A stretch of 64,000 nt of DNA from Selaginella moellendorffii (GCF_000143415.4 NW_003314261.1:4146880-4210879); one strand, 5' to 3'. Positions 37,599 to 51,045 are shown, counted from the stretch's first letter. The notes: a model not told the origin generated them from the letters alone. Numbers and translations are program-made.

Positions 37599-38655
37599 TT
37601 ATGTGGACATCATGAGCTAAAAAGCTTCTTTCTTGCACTCGACTTGGAACCAGTTCAACAGCGCAGCGCTTAAAAACTCCTGCTCGTTTCCTGAACATCA
37701 CGTTGGCAGAGTCAAGCCAAAAAAAGTAGGAAAAAAATTCACAGGAGCAAGTCTACTTGCGGGCTGCAATGAAAAAAGAAAAAAAAAATTTGCCGAAGTT
37801 ACAATCCAACCTGGTGTGTGTAAACATGGTTAACGACTTCTTTTGGTATAATAGCTCATCAGGCAGAGGCAAAGAAACATTAAACTTGACGTAGGATGCT
37901 TACCAAATGGCGAGAATCATCTTTGACACAGAGTCATGTCCCGCGGCCTGAAGCTCTTGCTTTTTATGTTCACGCTGAGGCAATGGCAACAGAAAACCAA
38001 GAGACAAACACCTGGAACAACAAAATAGAAAATTCAGTTCTGCAAAACATTAGCTTTAATCACTTCTGTTTTTCTTGTTCCAGGACGGGATCAGCAAAAT
38101 TCCTGCTTAGCCTGTGAGAAATGAATTTTTGATTTGACGAGCAATCCACTGGCGAATCCTCCTTTACAGTGGGGTCGCAGTGCGGAAGAATCGAACTGTG
38201 AAAAGAAATAAAACTCGTGCATAGCATGAAAAAAAAGGGGGAAGAATTCTCATTCTCACTTACATGCAGGTAGAATAATAATCATAAGATTTTTCCAGTT
38301 TCCTTACGAGCATCAACTCGGCAACTATTCACTTGAACGTGGTGATAGCCTAAAGAAAATACTTACAACAATACTTACTTCGTCCTACTTCATGTACCAG
38401 CAACCTCCAACTGGGTTCAAACGAATCTCCATTGCGACTGTTCCCCTGAATCAAAACGAGATCAAGAAAGAAAATTTGCGACTAGAGCTTACATGATTCA
38501 GTCAAGATCCTCTCTCGCTCCCATCCCGATCATCCTCAAAGCCAGACACCATGCATTTCCGAAGAGACTGGAAACTTCTCCACTTCGTTCTGAGCTTGCG
38601 CCACAGCGAATTGTCCTGCTCGATCTGCTACACTCTCGACCGCCAAACCCTAGAC
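37599..38655 (-). pseudogene. Chimeric pseudogene: decayed duplicate of the threonine deaminase 3' exons (about 37599-38070) preceded by unrelated exon-like segments
   Basis: 37599-37706 matches 38852-38984 (tgtggacatcatgagct.aaaagcttc.tt.ttgcactcg.cttggaac) with indels and an in-frame stop. 37895-38013 matches 39237-39414 (gatgcttaccaaatg...gcctgaagctcttgct...cacgctgag...gagacaaa.acctg). Confidence 0.8.
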
Positions 38656-38851
38656 AAGCCCTAAGCCACACATTGGCGGGAAAGAGTTTAAATGGGGATT
38701 TTCGATTCAAACAAAAGCGAAGATCATTTGAGAGGAGAAACGAAGTTTTTCTTTAGTTCGATCAAGCAAGACGCTGGAAACACACACACAACACCCAACA
38801 ATCGCCTGAAGTTCACGAAAACATTTACTGTGAACACAAGAACCTGGAATC

Positions 38852-41066
38852 TCATGTGGACATCATGAGCTGAAAAGCTTCGTTTTTGCACTCGTCTTGG
38901 AACTCGTAGCCCAATTCTACGGCACAACGCTTGAACTCTTGCTCGTCTTCCGGAGGGACCTGGATGCCGATCAAAACGTTGGCCCCAACTTGGCCCTGCA
39001 AGGCGGCGCAGCGTCAAACCCACAAAAGCACGAGCAAAGCAAAGATCAAGCTCACCTGCGCCCTGTAATGGAAGAGACTGATGTTCCAGCGTGGTGTAAA
39101 CGTGTCCAGAAACTTTCTCAGCGCCCCGGGCCTCTCTGGAAATATAAATCGGTACAAGAGCTCGTCCTTGAGAATGGCACGGCCACCGATCTACAAAACA
39201 AGAGGAGCTGTATAGAAAGATCACACCTGTGAAGAAGATGCTTACCAAATGCCGGAGATGATCCTTGACAAGGTCATTCGAAGTCATGTCAATTACCATA
39301 AGACCGGCCTCTTTCAATCGCCGTTTCAAAGCCTGAAGCTCTTGCTCCTTGTGAACACCCACGCTGAGACAATGCTTGTTAGTGGCAGCCGCGAGATTGA
39401 GAGACAAATACCTGCAGAGGACAAGGGCAGTTCGCGAATCAGAATAGCGATATCGAAACTCAGTGATGTTCACAGGCCCGACCTGCAAAACGATATTAGC
39501 ATCAATCAAACATAGAAAATTGAAAGACTCACTTCTTCAACGAGTCTCTTGAACGATCCAGGTATTTCCGCCATGATAATCGCAAGAACAGCCTCCTTAG
39601 AAGCACCGACGTCGGCAAGCTCCGTTACAATCCTTAGCCTGTCAAAGTTCATGTTTGCACCACTAGTAACAGCAACCACTGCTTCCTTTTTCAAACCATA
39701 GTAGTTACAGTACGCCTTGGCACCAGCAATTGCCAAAGCTCCCGCAGGTTCTAGAATGCTTCTCTTCTCTTCAAACATGTCCTAAAAACCAAAGATCCAT
39801 ATGTTTTCTTAGTTAGAGTTGGACTCGCAAGCATGCGATACAGCTTACCTTGATAGCAGCACAAATGGCATCACGGCTCACAAGGACAATGCCATCCACG
39901 TATTCCCTGCAAAGCCTGAATGTCTCTTCTCCAACGAGCTTTACGGCGACACCATCTGCAAAAATCCCACAGTGATCTAGCTGCACCCGAGTTCCGTGGT
40001 GGAGGGACAATGCCATGGCGTTGGCATCCGTGGGCTCAACTCCAATTATTTGGACCTGGACAGAAAGCAAAAGTTAGAACACGAACAAATAGTAGCTAAG
40101 ACTGCAAATCGACTTACTTCAGGTCTTATGCGTTTCATATAGGCTGCTATACCAGCTATAAGTCCCCCTCCTCCAACTGGAACGAAAACTGCATGGAGCG
40201 GCCCTTGGTGTTGCCTAACGATCTCCATGCCGACAGTTCCCTGTCCAGCAATTATCTCTGGATTATCGAAGGGTGGAATAAAAATCCGTCCTTCCTCCAG
40301 GCTCCGTTGCTTTGCATACGCTTGAGCTTCATCGTATGAATCACCGACGAGTACAACGGTGGCACCGAGACGCTTGACTGATTGCCACTGCAACTCACAA
40401 TAACGCTGTTCGATTATCTCTGAAAACGAAAGGACCTTACCTTGATTTCTGGTGTGGTGACAGGCATCGCTATGACTGCATCGCAACCAAGCCTTTGAGC
40501 GGACAATGCAACTCCTTGCGCGTGGTTTCCCGCGGAAGAGCAGATCACTCCCTGGTCACGTTGCTCTTTTGTGAGCTGGACCATCATATTGTACGCCCCC
40601 CGCAGCTTGAAAGAAAAAACCTGACGATCCAAAGTGAGTCTACCATGGAAAAGTTTTGCAAGAACTCTACCGGCTGGAGATCCTCTCGCTTGAGCAAAAC
40701 CTGGACACCCAGCTTTTCGCTCAGCTTCACCGCCGGCTCCAGTGGCGACTCGATCGCCACATCATACACATTGGCCGTCAAGATCTTCGTCAAGTAGGCC
40801 ATGGAATCCCTCTCGCTAGATCCACCAAGCCTCGTCTTCTCCGAAATCCCACCTACAAATCCAGCTTCGTACTGCAGCGACTCCGCCGACGCCCTGATCA
40901 CCGCATTGGAATGCTCCTGCTCGATCCGCGGCCATGTAGCTACACTCCCATTGCTGCTACGATCCGCACAGCAATTGATCAGAATCGCGCGCCCCCGCGC
41001 TGATCGCGAAATCCGACCGGACGGGCAGCGCGGCGCGAGCTGGAACGCCGGCGCCGTGGCCGCCAT
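38852..41066 (-). CDS. OMR1: Biosynthetic threonine deaminase (plastid; OMR1/IlvA type), multi-exon
   Basis: KREDLQP|[11 protein letters not shown]; SAGNHAQGV; PVGGGGL; [10 protein letters not shown]; two ACT-like domains ([14 protein letters not shown]); ends EAFQLMMST*. Confidence 0.96.
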
Positions 41067-41147
41067 AGCTACCTGCGAACCAAACCCTCGCTAGAAGAAC
41101 CCTAGCCCAACCAATGGCGCGAAAGAAGCTTTCATTTAGAAAAGTAT

Positions 41148-43102
41148 TTACAAAGCTCTACCATTTAAACAAAGGTCGATGTGAGTGTTAAACTTCGCAT
41201 TGTCCTCCGGCTTGGTGGTGTCAAACGAAAACACTTGCGAGCAAATTGGACAGAAAGTCGATAGTGCCACTGTGACAAAACACAAGAACAAAGGAAGACC
41301 ACGAAGAACAAGATGATCAATCCAAGAAGAAAGAATAGAACCAATCGAGAACTTCATACCTGGTGCTTTGCTCTCCACGGTCCTCCTCTCCCTCTCCAGC
41401 TGAGCCTTCTTCTTCCTCTCGCGATCCCTCCTCCTCTCGTAGACTTTGAGCGGCGCCACTACCAGAGCTCGCGAGTGATCTCCTGGCTCGGGATCCAAGT
41501 CGATCAAACTCGTCCCTGGATCATCTCTATAGCCGTGTGACGGTTCCCCTCTCTCCATGCGTCCCTGGAAAACCACTAGACTCCCTGGCGAGACGATCTC
41601 CCGGCTAGCTTCTAGTTTTAGATCCACCATCTCCATGTCACCTTGGTAAACTTCCAGTTCTAGACCCCCTGAAGAGACCCTGTCCCTGCTGCCTTGATAA
41701 GCTTCCAGTTCTAGACCCCCGGAAGAGATCCTGTCTTGATACACCGTCTCGTCGGCTAGATTCGAATTGCTTCGAGCATGCATTCCCGGATCGACCATCT
41801 CGTGTGTAGATTGTTTACTCGATCCGGTCTGGTGTAACTTCTCGGATATCCTTGCGTTTTCTAGCAGCCTCCTTTCTCGCCTCCTGTCGATAAGACGCTC
41901 CTCCTCTTCTTCTGGTTCCGAGGCACACCAGTTTTTCCAGCCGATTATCACGTCAGGCATCGGTTTTCCCGCGGTCTCAACATTCTGAAGTATTCTAGTG
42001 TCTTTAGGAACCAAGCTTGCTTTCCGGAGTTTTCCTTTCTTCTCCAGGCCCCGGCTTTTCCCGAAAAACGAATCCAGTCGGGGAATTTTGAAGCTTACGT
42101 GTTTATCAACGCTGTTATTCGTGCGTTTGAATGACTCCGTTGGTGGTTCCTTGACATCTACACGAGAAAAAACAGGAAATTAAACATTCATTCACAAGTT
42201 TATAGATACCTTTCGTGAGAAGATCACTGCTTTCACCGCTTTTCTTCGTCTTGCTACAATCAACGAAAGAAGTTTTAGATTCTTACTTCACAGAAAAAAG
42301 AAGAGAGAAAAAGGAAAGAAAAAAAAAATGCCTGACATGACACGAGCGCTGACAGTAGCATCCGGAAGAAATTCTTGAACGTCCTCGCACTCTCGAGACT
42401 GCAAATCGCAACAATAGAATTAGAAAACTTTCTGTGAAAGATAATGGTGTTCACTTCCGAGCAGCTCCCCTCCAAGAAAGAATGTTGGAGACGAATACCA
42501 TAGCCATCCTCGGGCCTCTAAAAAACACATTTTTTTAGCAGAGTCAAGCAAGAGAAAGAGACAAAGTATCACCACCTCTTCATCTTGAAGCTCAGATTCT
42601 TTGATCTGGTCCACTTTCATCCTAAACAAATCCCCGTGATCACTGTATCAAAGAAAAGAAAAAAGCGAGGAATCACAAAGAGAAGCTAGAAGGCAGTGGC
42701 AACATACTTGTGATTCGCGTTCTCTTTAGTGACGAACAAATGCGCGTGGATCATTTCGTGGAGCAGCGTCGATTTCACCTCGCCCAAGCTTCGCGATTTT
42801 AGAATCGGCTCCGACAGCCGAATCTGGCACCTTCCTGGACCGTAGAAGCACTCTCCAGCTTCGCTGGAACGAACCGAGACTTAGGGCTTATGCTCGAGAA
42901 GAAGAAGGAAGGAAGACAAACCATCGCACCTTGTTCTCCGGGAGCTCCATTCGACGCTACACCCTGCAAGCTCGCTCGCGAAGTAGAGATCATTGTAGTA
43001 ACCGAAGAGCCTGTGTACATCCGGCCGCGAATACGCAATCCTCCCCGCTCCCAGCGCTTTGGCGCCCGATCGCGGTGGCAATCGCTGTGATTTCTTCGTC
43101 AT
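41148..43102 (-). CDS. SprT/Spartan-like metalloprotease with C-terminal UBZ4-type zinc finger, multi-exon
   Basis: PDVHRLFGYYNDLYF...VEWS; IRLSEPILK...TLLHEMIHAHLF (HEXXH); DHGDLF; C-terminal CPICSQ...FNTHIDLCL. Internal exon boundaries are partly uncertain. Confidence 0.85.
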
Positions 43103-43291
43103 CGCGTGGAATCCAGCCCTGCGCGCAGACGCCCTACGCTACATTCTTTCCCCGCAAGAGGAAAACCGAGCGCCAAAACCCACACACACAAAACACTCAC
43201 ATCAATGGCGTGTCCAGCCACAGCCGCCGGATATCTCAAACCACAGCCGTCAGATCACCAAACGAATACCACGAACGGGAATGAGCCTTCA

Positions 43292-46200
43292 TTAAAAACT
43301 ATCCTTAGTATCACCCGATTTTTCGTTCTTCACGGATTTCCTCGAGCTTAGCATCGTTCTCTCGGCCTCTTTTTTTCGCTGGATCTCGAGCTTTCTCTGC
43401 CTGGTGAGCTCGGCAGTGGCTTCCAGCGCTTGCTTCCTTCGTCTCTGCCGCCTTCGATCGATATATCTCTCCATCGCGTTTGAAGGCTCCAGTTCCTCGA
43501 TATCAGTCTCGTTCTCGTTCTCGCCATCTCTGCTCGTCACTGTCCATTCCACGGCCTCGATCACGTCCGAGGAAACCACCTCGATCGCGTTGTTGGTCCC
43601 GTTCTCCTCCGATTCCGAGTCCTCGGTGCTGCAAAGCTCGTTGTCTCCCTTGGCGCAAGGAACCGTCTTGCCGTCCCAGATTATGGCAACCTTGTCCGAG
43701 TCATTCGCCTCGCACTGCTCCTCCCAGGCACGCCTCACGAAACGAGGCAGCGGACGAGCTACGTCTTCGTTGGACTTTGATGAATCCAGCACCTCAAAGC
43801 GCGTCGCACCAACTTTCCTAGCGTTGCCAGCTAAAATCTGGTGCAAAAAACAGTCCTCAATGAATTTTCTCCAGCAATGCCCATAGAAAACCATACCTCG
43901 AGTTTGTAAGTTTGAAACTTTTCTTTTTTTTCTTCTTGGTTTTCTGTTTCCCCCTCTTGGTTTTCTTCCGGGTCTTGCTTTCCTAGAACCACTTTAATGC
44001 TCTCTCCTGTTCGTGGAATGTAGCCGAATGCTTCACAGACGAATCCAGAGACGGTTTCATAGTGGTGCTCCTGGAGAAAACCACGTAAAATTCTGTCACG
44101 CTGAACAAAAGAGTACTGACCTCCGGGAATTTCACTTGCAAAGCCTCGGACAGATCCTCGATTGATGTATTAGCATCAACATCAAATACACCTTCAGCTC
44201 TTTGGACTACATAGCCCGTCTTTCGTCGTATCTCTTCCTATCGTCATAAAAAGACCATTTATAAGCTTCAGAAAACATCAGCAACAAGAACAAAGCAAAA
44301 CCTTGGAATCGTTTTCGTCAAAAATTTCTCCAACAATCTCCTCAACAACATCTTCCAGTGTTACAATCTGCAATAGAAGTGTATTATACTCCCGAAAAGA
44401 ACTACGAAGATATGAAACGTACCCCAACGGTGCCACCATACTCGTTCAGCACAATAGCCATATGTACTTTTCTAATACGAAATTCTCTCAGCAAATTCCA
44501 TACGGACATCGAATCTGTAATAATCGTTTGCTCACAAATACGCATCGAAGCAAGAGCTTACCGGGAACAAAATAAGCTGGCCTATGAGCAACCCTTGCCA
44601 CCGTGATTTTCTGCAACAGCTCCGACTGCATATCGCTCGTATTAGCAATCGTAAGATAAGTGTTGAAAGTACAAACCTGCTCTACATAGTCAAGCATATC
44701 CATAGCATAAGCTATTCCTACAATGTTATCAACACGACGTTCAAACACGGGAACCCTGTAAGCAATCAGTTTCAGAACATTATCTCTGTTTCAAGGTGGA
44801 AGTACCTTGAGTACTGGTGCTTCACCCAGAAATTTCGGAATTCCATCAAAGTCGCACCCCCGTCAATGGCCACAACGTCGACTAAGGGAGTCATTACCTC
44901 CCGAACGTATGTATCTTTAATGTCCAAGACATTTTCTATCATATCCTGCATAGTAATTTTCAGTACTGTGTCCAAAGGCCATGATCTAAATTAGACCTGT
45001 TCTTCCTCTTCAATAGCACCGCTCAACTCTGCCCCTCGCAGCATAAGTTTAAGCTCTTCCTCTGTAACAAACGGCTCGCTGCGAAAAGAAAAGAAATTTT
45101 CAGTACAAAAACAGCACCTCGCACAGATTATCAAACTTACCCACTGCTTTTGAGGCCAAAAAATTTCAGCATCGCTGTGGAAAGAATGGTGACTATCCGT
45201 CCCACTGGATACAGAACCACTGACAACCATGCCACAGGACGGACCTACAAATAAAACGATGAAAGTCGATTATGTTTTTCTTCCACCAAAACTTACAATC
45301 ACTTACTACAAAACGGGCGACTTCAGTGGCATTATGCACCGCTATACTCTTTGGAGCAATCTCCGTAAGTAGTAGCACAACCACCTGCAAAGTTTTGAGT
45401 GTATATCAAAACCACGAACGAGTAATGCTACCACACACCGTCATAACTCCAGTGGCTGCAGTGACTCCGGCTTCACCGAAAAGAGCCGTGGCAGCATCAG
45501 TCACGAGGGCCGTCGCAGCGATGTTTGCGATTCTAAAACGCACATAACAAATTTCAGTCGAGAGCAAAGAGAGAAGAATTGAGAAAACTCACGTAGTGCC
45601 AATCAAAATGGTCGTGAGGAACCGCGTCACGTCCTGGCGCAGCAGCTGGAACACGCCTCCCTCACTCTCCTTCTCAGCCAATTCCCTGACCTATAGACAT
45701 CTTAACGAGGCCTCACCTATTCAGTTTGAGAGTTATACTGTGAGAGAGTAAAGAAAAGGATGGCATTACCTTCCAGGGCCACAGCGTCGTGATCGCCGTC
45801 TCGGACATGGAGAAGAACGCCGACAGTCCGAGGAGAACCGATAGCAAAAGTCCTTGTTCCTTGAGCACGCCCAAAACTTGCAAGATCTTGGGCCAGGCAC
45901 CCTGTAGAAGAGCTCTCGATTTTCCTGCCAGATCCACCGCCGCGACTGCTCCATAAGCTGGACTCGCCTTGCCGTTCCATACCATCCACAAGATCCCGCT
46001 GCATAGCAGGAAAGTTCTACCGTGACAAAACCACGCCTGGAGCTGGTCAATCTGGACGTCCCTCTCTAGAGGCAGCGGCTGAGAACGATTGGGAATCCCT
46101 GTCCCTGGATCGGCAGACGAAGAACAAGCTGTTGCCTGTAACCCTCCGCGCCCACGATGGCTATGGCAGCACTCACGGCTTCGCAGCTCCGCGACGAGCA

Positions 46201-46309
46201 GCTTCGCATGGCGCAGACCCGGCCGGGCAGTTCTCCTCGCCGGCAAGAGCGCGTAAGTCCTGCTGCAAGAGAGCGTCGCTGTGGGAAGAACACCACCAGA
46301 TGCACACAT
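43292..46309 (-). CDS. Plastid CNNM(DUF21)-CBS-CorC protein (Mg transporter family, MGR8/MGR9-like), multi-exon
   Basis: Transit-peptide-like N-terminus; LSAFFSMSETAITTLWPWK; TEIAPKSIAVHNA; VTEEELKLMLRGAELSGAIEEEEQ; VREVMTPLVDVVAID; VLNEYGGTVG; TLEDVVEEIVGEIFDE. Confidence 0.93.
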
Positions 46310-46501
46310 CCCGTCCCTGGCGCTGGCAAAATATGCGGCAAAATCTCACCACGAGCGATCCAGAGAGCTCATCCTCGACGAATCGAAGCTCCCATCGCCC
46401 GCGAGCACAAGCGCATTTCCCAGGAACCCTAAAAAGCCCTTGAGCATATTCGCACTATCTTCTAGAGCATATTCTTTGATCCTCGTGACCGTAAAGTTCA
46501 C

Positions 46502-48093
46502 TTATATCTGTACGGACGAAGCTATCAACTGGAGGAGATGGTTGCCCGACTCGTTTATCGTTTCCAAGCACGCCTCCCAGAACCAAAGATCCACAGCCAA
46601 CACTGACGAGAAGAGGATGAGCGCTAGCGTTTCGTATCGATTGAGCGGCCAGTTTGTGATCTTCGTAAGAGTTGCTAGAGAGAACACGTTGTCATTCTTC
46701 TCGGAGCTTGATCTTCTCGTCGTAGATTGGATCGACCAGGCAGTCTGCCACTTTAATCTTTGTGGAAAGAAACCCAAGCTTCGCAGGCGAGAATCCATGT
46801 CGGGGAGATGTCCACTGCCGTAGAAGATGGCTATCTTCTCGCAGCCTTCGGCTATGGCAGCTTCCAGCTCCCTCATCGCAACGCTGTTCCTTTCACCGAT
46901 TATCACCGAGTCCTTGAGCAACGAGAACGCTCCTTCTGTTAAGCTGTTCCAGGAAATCCTCTTTGTCAAGCGAAAAAACGAAAACGAGAACTTGTTCTCA
47001 AGCTTACTCGGTGGATAGCTGCTTTGCGAGGAAGAGTTTTGTTGCCGCTGCAAGCTCCAAGTTGAACAAGGCCTTCATTTCTGGAGAGCTTGACAGAGGT
47101 GCATCTGGTGGAGCACAGACTCCCTCGATCACGAATAGTCCCAGCAGCGGCATTGGAAAGACTCGAGAAGCCCACAAAAGCTTCCCTCGCCATTGATCCA
47201 AGTCGGTTCGCGCGAGAGCAGCTGCCGAGAGAGCAGCCGTCGAGATCTTTGTCATTTCAGTTGCAAATCCAAAGAGGCTCTCTCCTTTCCTACGCTGGAA
47301 AAGAAAAAGGAAGGCCAAACTAGAGTTTAGTTCTCCAGGAAATAAAATTTTTAAGCACCTGGAGATCTTGGAAAGTTTCAAAGTCGAGGTCTGCATGGTA
47401 CCAGTTATCCTTTTGGTAGTCCATGCATTCCAGCTGAAAATCCAAGCTGAGAACTTGAGCCATGAGACGCTGGATCGCGCCAACGAAACTAAAACTCCGA
47501 TTTTTCCTACTATTCTTGCCTTGTGACTTGCGATTTGGAGGCTTCCATCTTCCACGGCCTTTCCAGTTCTTTCCTTTCTCCGCTACCATCTCATATAGAA
47601 CCGCGTCGTAAGCATCCAATTCATTCTGGAGAGCACGAAAATACCTGGAACGAAAAAAATTGAGACCAATGTCACTAGCGCTGCTAGAGTTCCAGCGCTT
47701 ACTCTTTATCAGCAATGTGTACTGCTGCCACGAGATCAATCTGAAAAGTGAATCAAATTCACGAGAAAAAACTCAAGCAATCGCTCTTACCTGGACTTGA
47801 GGCTGGAACAATGACCACATATTCTTCTTGGGCGCAGCATAGCTCACAATCGCTGTCTGCAGCTCCGCGCCTTGATCCCCCTTGTCCAAGAAGCGAGTGA
47901 AATCGCTGATGGAATTCAGCCTCGCGGACGAAGAGCCGGGCAATTCACCTGGCAACGCACCGCTCCAATCGCCATAGGCAAGCGCGGCGGCCACATTGAT
48001 CCTCGCAATCCTCCTCTTCCCTCCTCCAGCTCGGCGGCATCGATTCGTCGATGAAGAGAAGACGGCGCACGGAGGATATTGCGTTACCGCCAT
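46502..48093 (-). CDS. Conserved uncharacterised protein with transit-peptide-like N-terminus, multi-exon
   Basis: GAELQTAIVSY; DLVAAVHIADK.YF; VLYEMV; LDFQLECMDY...WYHADLD; VIIGERN; IAIFYGSGHLPDM; C-terminal hydrophobic helix. Confidence 0.8.
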
Positions 48094-48733
48094 GCCTGGC
48101 AAAATGCCAGGAGCCCTAGAAAAATCTTGGCTCCGTACCATATTTGTACGAAAAGAATCTAGAAATGCGTCCTACTAAGATTCCTGGAGATATTCTATCC
48201 AAAGTTTGAAGGAAGTCAGTCACGCAATTTAATAGCACGAGAGATAGTCAAGAAGTGTCCGTGATTGTGATCAATAGATGTGCTTTGGTCGATTATACTA
48301 TGGAGTTGGGGGTGGTAAATATTTGGAGCTTGACGTGAAAACGTCAGAGGGGAAAGTTTCACCTCGCCCGTCACGCCCGTCACGCGGAGTGTCGATGAGT
48401 TATCTCTTTTACCTTGTTCTTCTCCTCATACACTGGAGCGTTTTCTTCGGTTTCACTCGCTCCAGCCAGCGCCTTATAGCGCTTCGCTTCTCCAGGTCAG
48501 CTCTTTCGATCCGGGCAATCGAAATTCGATCACCGCGCGTCTCGATCGGTGTTCTTGCCGTCGCTAGGGTCGGGCCGCGAAGAATTCGGAGGATTTCACT
48601 CGGAATTCCAGCGCATTGCGTAGGATCTCGGAGTCGCCAGCAATATTTCGGCCAATGCTTCCGCGAGAAATCCCCTCACCGGCGTTGTAGCCGGCTCCTG
48701 TCCATGACGCGGCGATGCTAGATTGCTGCTAGG

Positions 48734-51045
48734 ATGGGGATCTGTTTCTCTGCTGATAAATCCGAGAAGGCGGAGAAGGAGAAGAACAAGAAGCACGGGG
48801 ATCACGCTGCTAAAGACCAAGTCAAGAACAAGGAGCAGCGCTCAAAGAACCAGTCGGCTCATGTGGTTCCTCTTGGAAAGAGGACCAATTTCGGGTATGG
48901 GAGGGATTTCCAGGCCAAGTACAAGCTCGGCAAGCTCCTGGGCCACGGGCAATTCGGCTACACTTATGCCGCTACAAAGATTGGATCAGGGGAGAATGTC
49001 GCTGTGAAACGCATCGAGAAGAAGAAGGTTTGATCTATCGATTGGAAGTTTTTCTATGCTCGTCTAGACCAATGTTTCGTGTGGTTTTTCCAGATGCTAC
49101 TCCCAATTTCTGTGGAGGATGTTAGGCGGGAAGTGAGGATCTTACAGCTTCTAAGTGGCCACGAGAACGTTGTACAGTTCTATGCGTCATTTGAGGATGA
49201 CGACTACGTCTACATCGTTATGGAGTGAGTTTAGATCCGTCCTGGAAACAGGCTCTTGTGTGTCGAGGCTAAGATTTGCTGAACAGGTTGTGCGAGGGTG
49301 GCGAGCTTTTGGATCGGATCTTGTCCAAGTATGATCGATCTCTTAGAAACTTTGTGTTGTTCTAAGACACTGTGTGTATTGTCATCAGGAAAAATGGCTG
49401 CTACTCGGAGAAAGATGCCGCGGAGCTTGTGAGGCAAATGCTCAAAGTCGTTGCTCGTTGCCACCTTCACGGCGTTGTTCACCGGGACTTGAAGCCAGAG
49501 GTACTGCATCTCACGAAAGGTTTGTAGTGCTAATGCTGTACCAGTTTGCAGAATTTCTTGTTCAAATCGCAGAGGGACAACACACCGCTCAAGGCAACAG
49601 ATTTTGGCTTGTCAGACTTTATCAGACCCGGTAATGTTGCTTGTACAGAGCCTTCGTTTGTGGTTGACAGCTCCGAACATACAGGGAGGAGATTCCATGA
49701 TATTGTTGGAAGCGCGTATTACGTTGCCCCCGAAGTTCTCAAGAGGAAGTCTGGGCCGGAGTCCGACGTCTGGAGCATCGGGGTTATTACCTACATTCTG
49801 TTATGCGGCAAACGGCCGTTCTGGGATAAGACAGAGGCTGGAATATTTAACGAGGTTCGTTTCGTGGGTAAACGTGTCGTCTGTATAATTCTTCTTACGT
49901 CGTCTTGTAAGTACAGGTGCTGAAGAAGAAACCGGAGTTTCGAATTAAGCCTTGGCCGTCTATAAGTGCCAATGCCAAGGATTTTGTGAAACGCTTGCTC
50001 GTGAAGGATCCACGGGCGAGGCCGACTGCCGCTCAAGCACTATGTAAGCAAGTGAAGTTTAGTTATAGTTCACTCGTACCTTCTTTTTTTGTTCTCTTTT
50101 GCAGCTCATCCATGGGTCAGAGAGGGCGGGTGTGCACCTGATTTCCCACTGGACATCATTGTTCTCTCTAACATGAGAGAGTTTGTCAAGTTCAGTCGAT
50201 TAAAGCAATTTGCTTTTCGGGTAAGTGTATCATGCTGTTTTGCAATTTTCATTCTGATTTTTATTGCCTAGGCTCTGGCTACAACCTTAGAACCGGAAGA
50301 AATTCACAATCTTCGTGACCAATTCAACATCATTGACGTTGATGGGAGTGGCACAATCACTCTAGAAGAAATACGACAGGTTATATCCGGCATTTTCTAA
50401 TGTTGAGCTTGAGTTGTGTGCTGGTTAGCTAGGCACTCTTGAAGGACCGTCCATGGACGCTGAAAGAATCAAAAGTATTAGAAATCGTCCAAGCTGTAAG
50501 TTTACTACTTACGTTCAGGCGCAGCTAGATTGACGATGCATGCCGGCAGATGGACGCCAATATGGACGGATTCATAGACTTCGACGAGTTTGTTGCTGCC
50601 ACGCTCCATGTTCGTCAACTCGAGGAGCTGGATTCTGAAAAGTGGCAGCTGCGGACAAAGTGCGCGTTTGACAAGTTCGACAAAGACGGTGACGGATTCA
50701 TATCTCCAGACGAGATCAAAGAGGTAAGCGACAAGTAAAACCATATTATTTCGAGTTTAGAAACTTTTCTCGCTGTGCAGTACACAGGGCTCAAAGGATC
50801 GCTAGATACACTGCTGGACGAAGCTGATGCTGATGGCGATGGCCGGATCAGCTTGCGTGAGTTCCAGAAGCTCTTGAGGCAAGCAAGCCTTGGCTCCCGC
50901 ACCAATCACCACCACATCCAACCTCATCTCAAGCATCCCAAGCTTCTGGAGGTACTCTTGTTTTTTCACCCCTCAGTTTTTCCATATTTGTTGTCTCCAG
51001 ATGCACGCTCCGAGTCCTAAGATAAGCGAAGAGTCATCACAGTAA
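48734..51045 (+). CDS. Calcium-dependent protein kinase, group IV (CPK16/18/28-like), multi-exon
   Basis: MGICFS acylation motif; GKRTNFGY; LGHGQFG; HRDLKPE; [14 protein letters not shown]; GSAYYVAPE; four EF hands. Confidence 0.96.
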
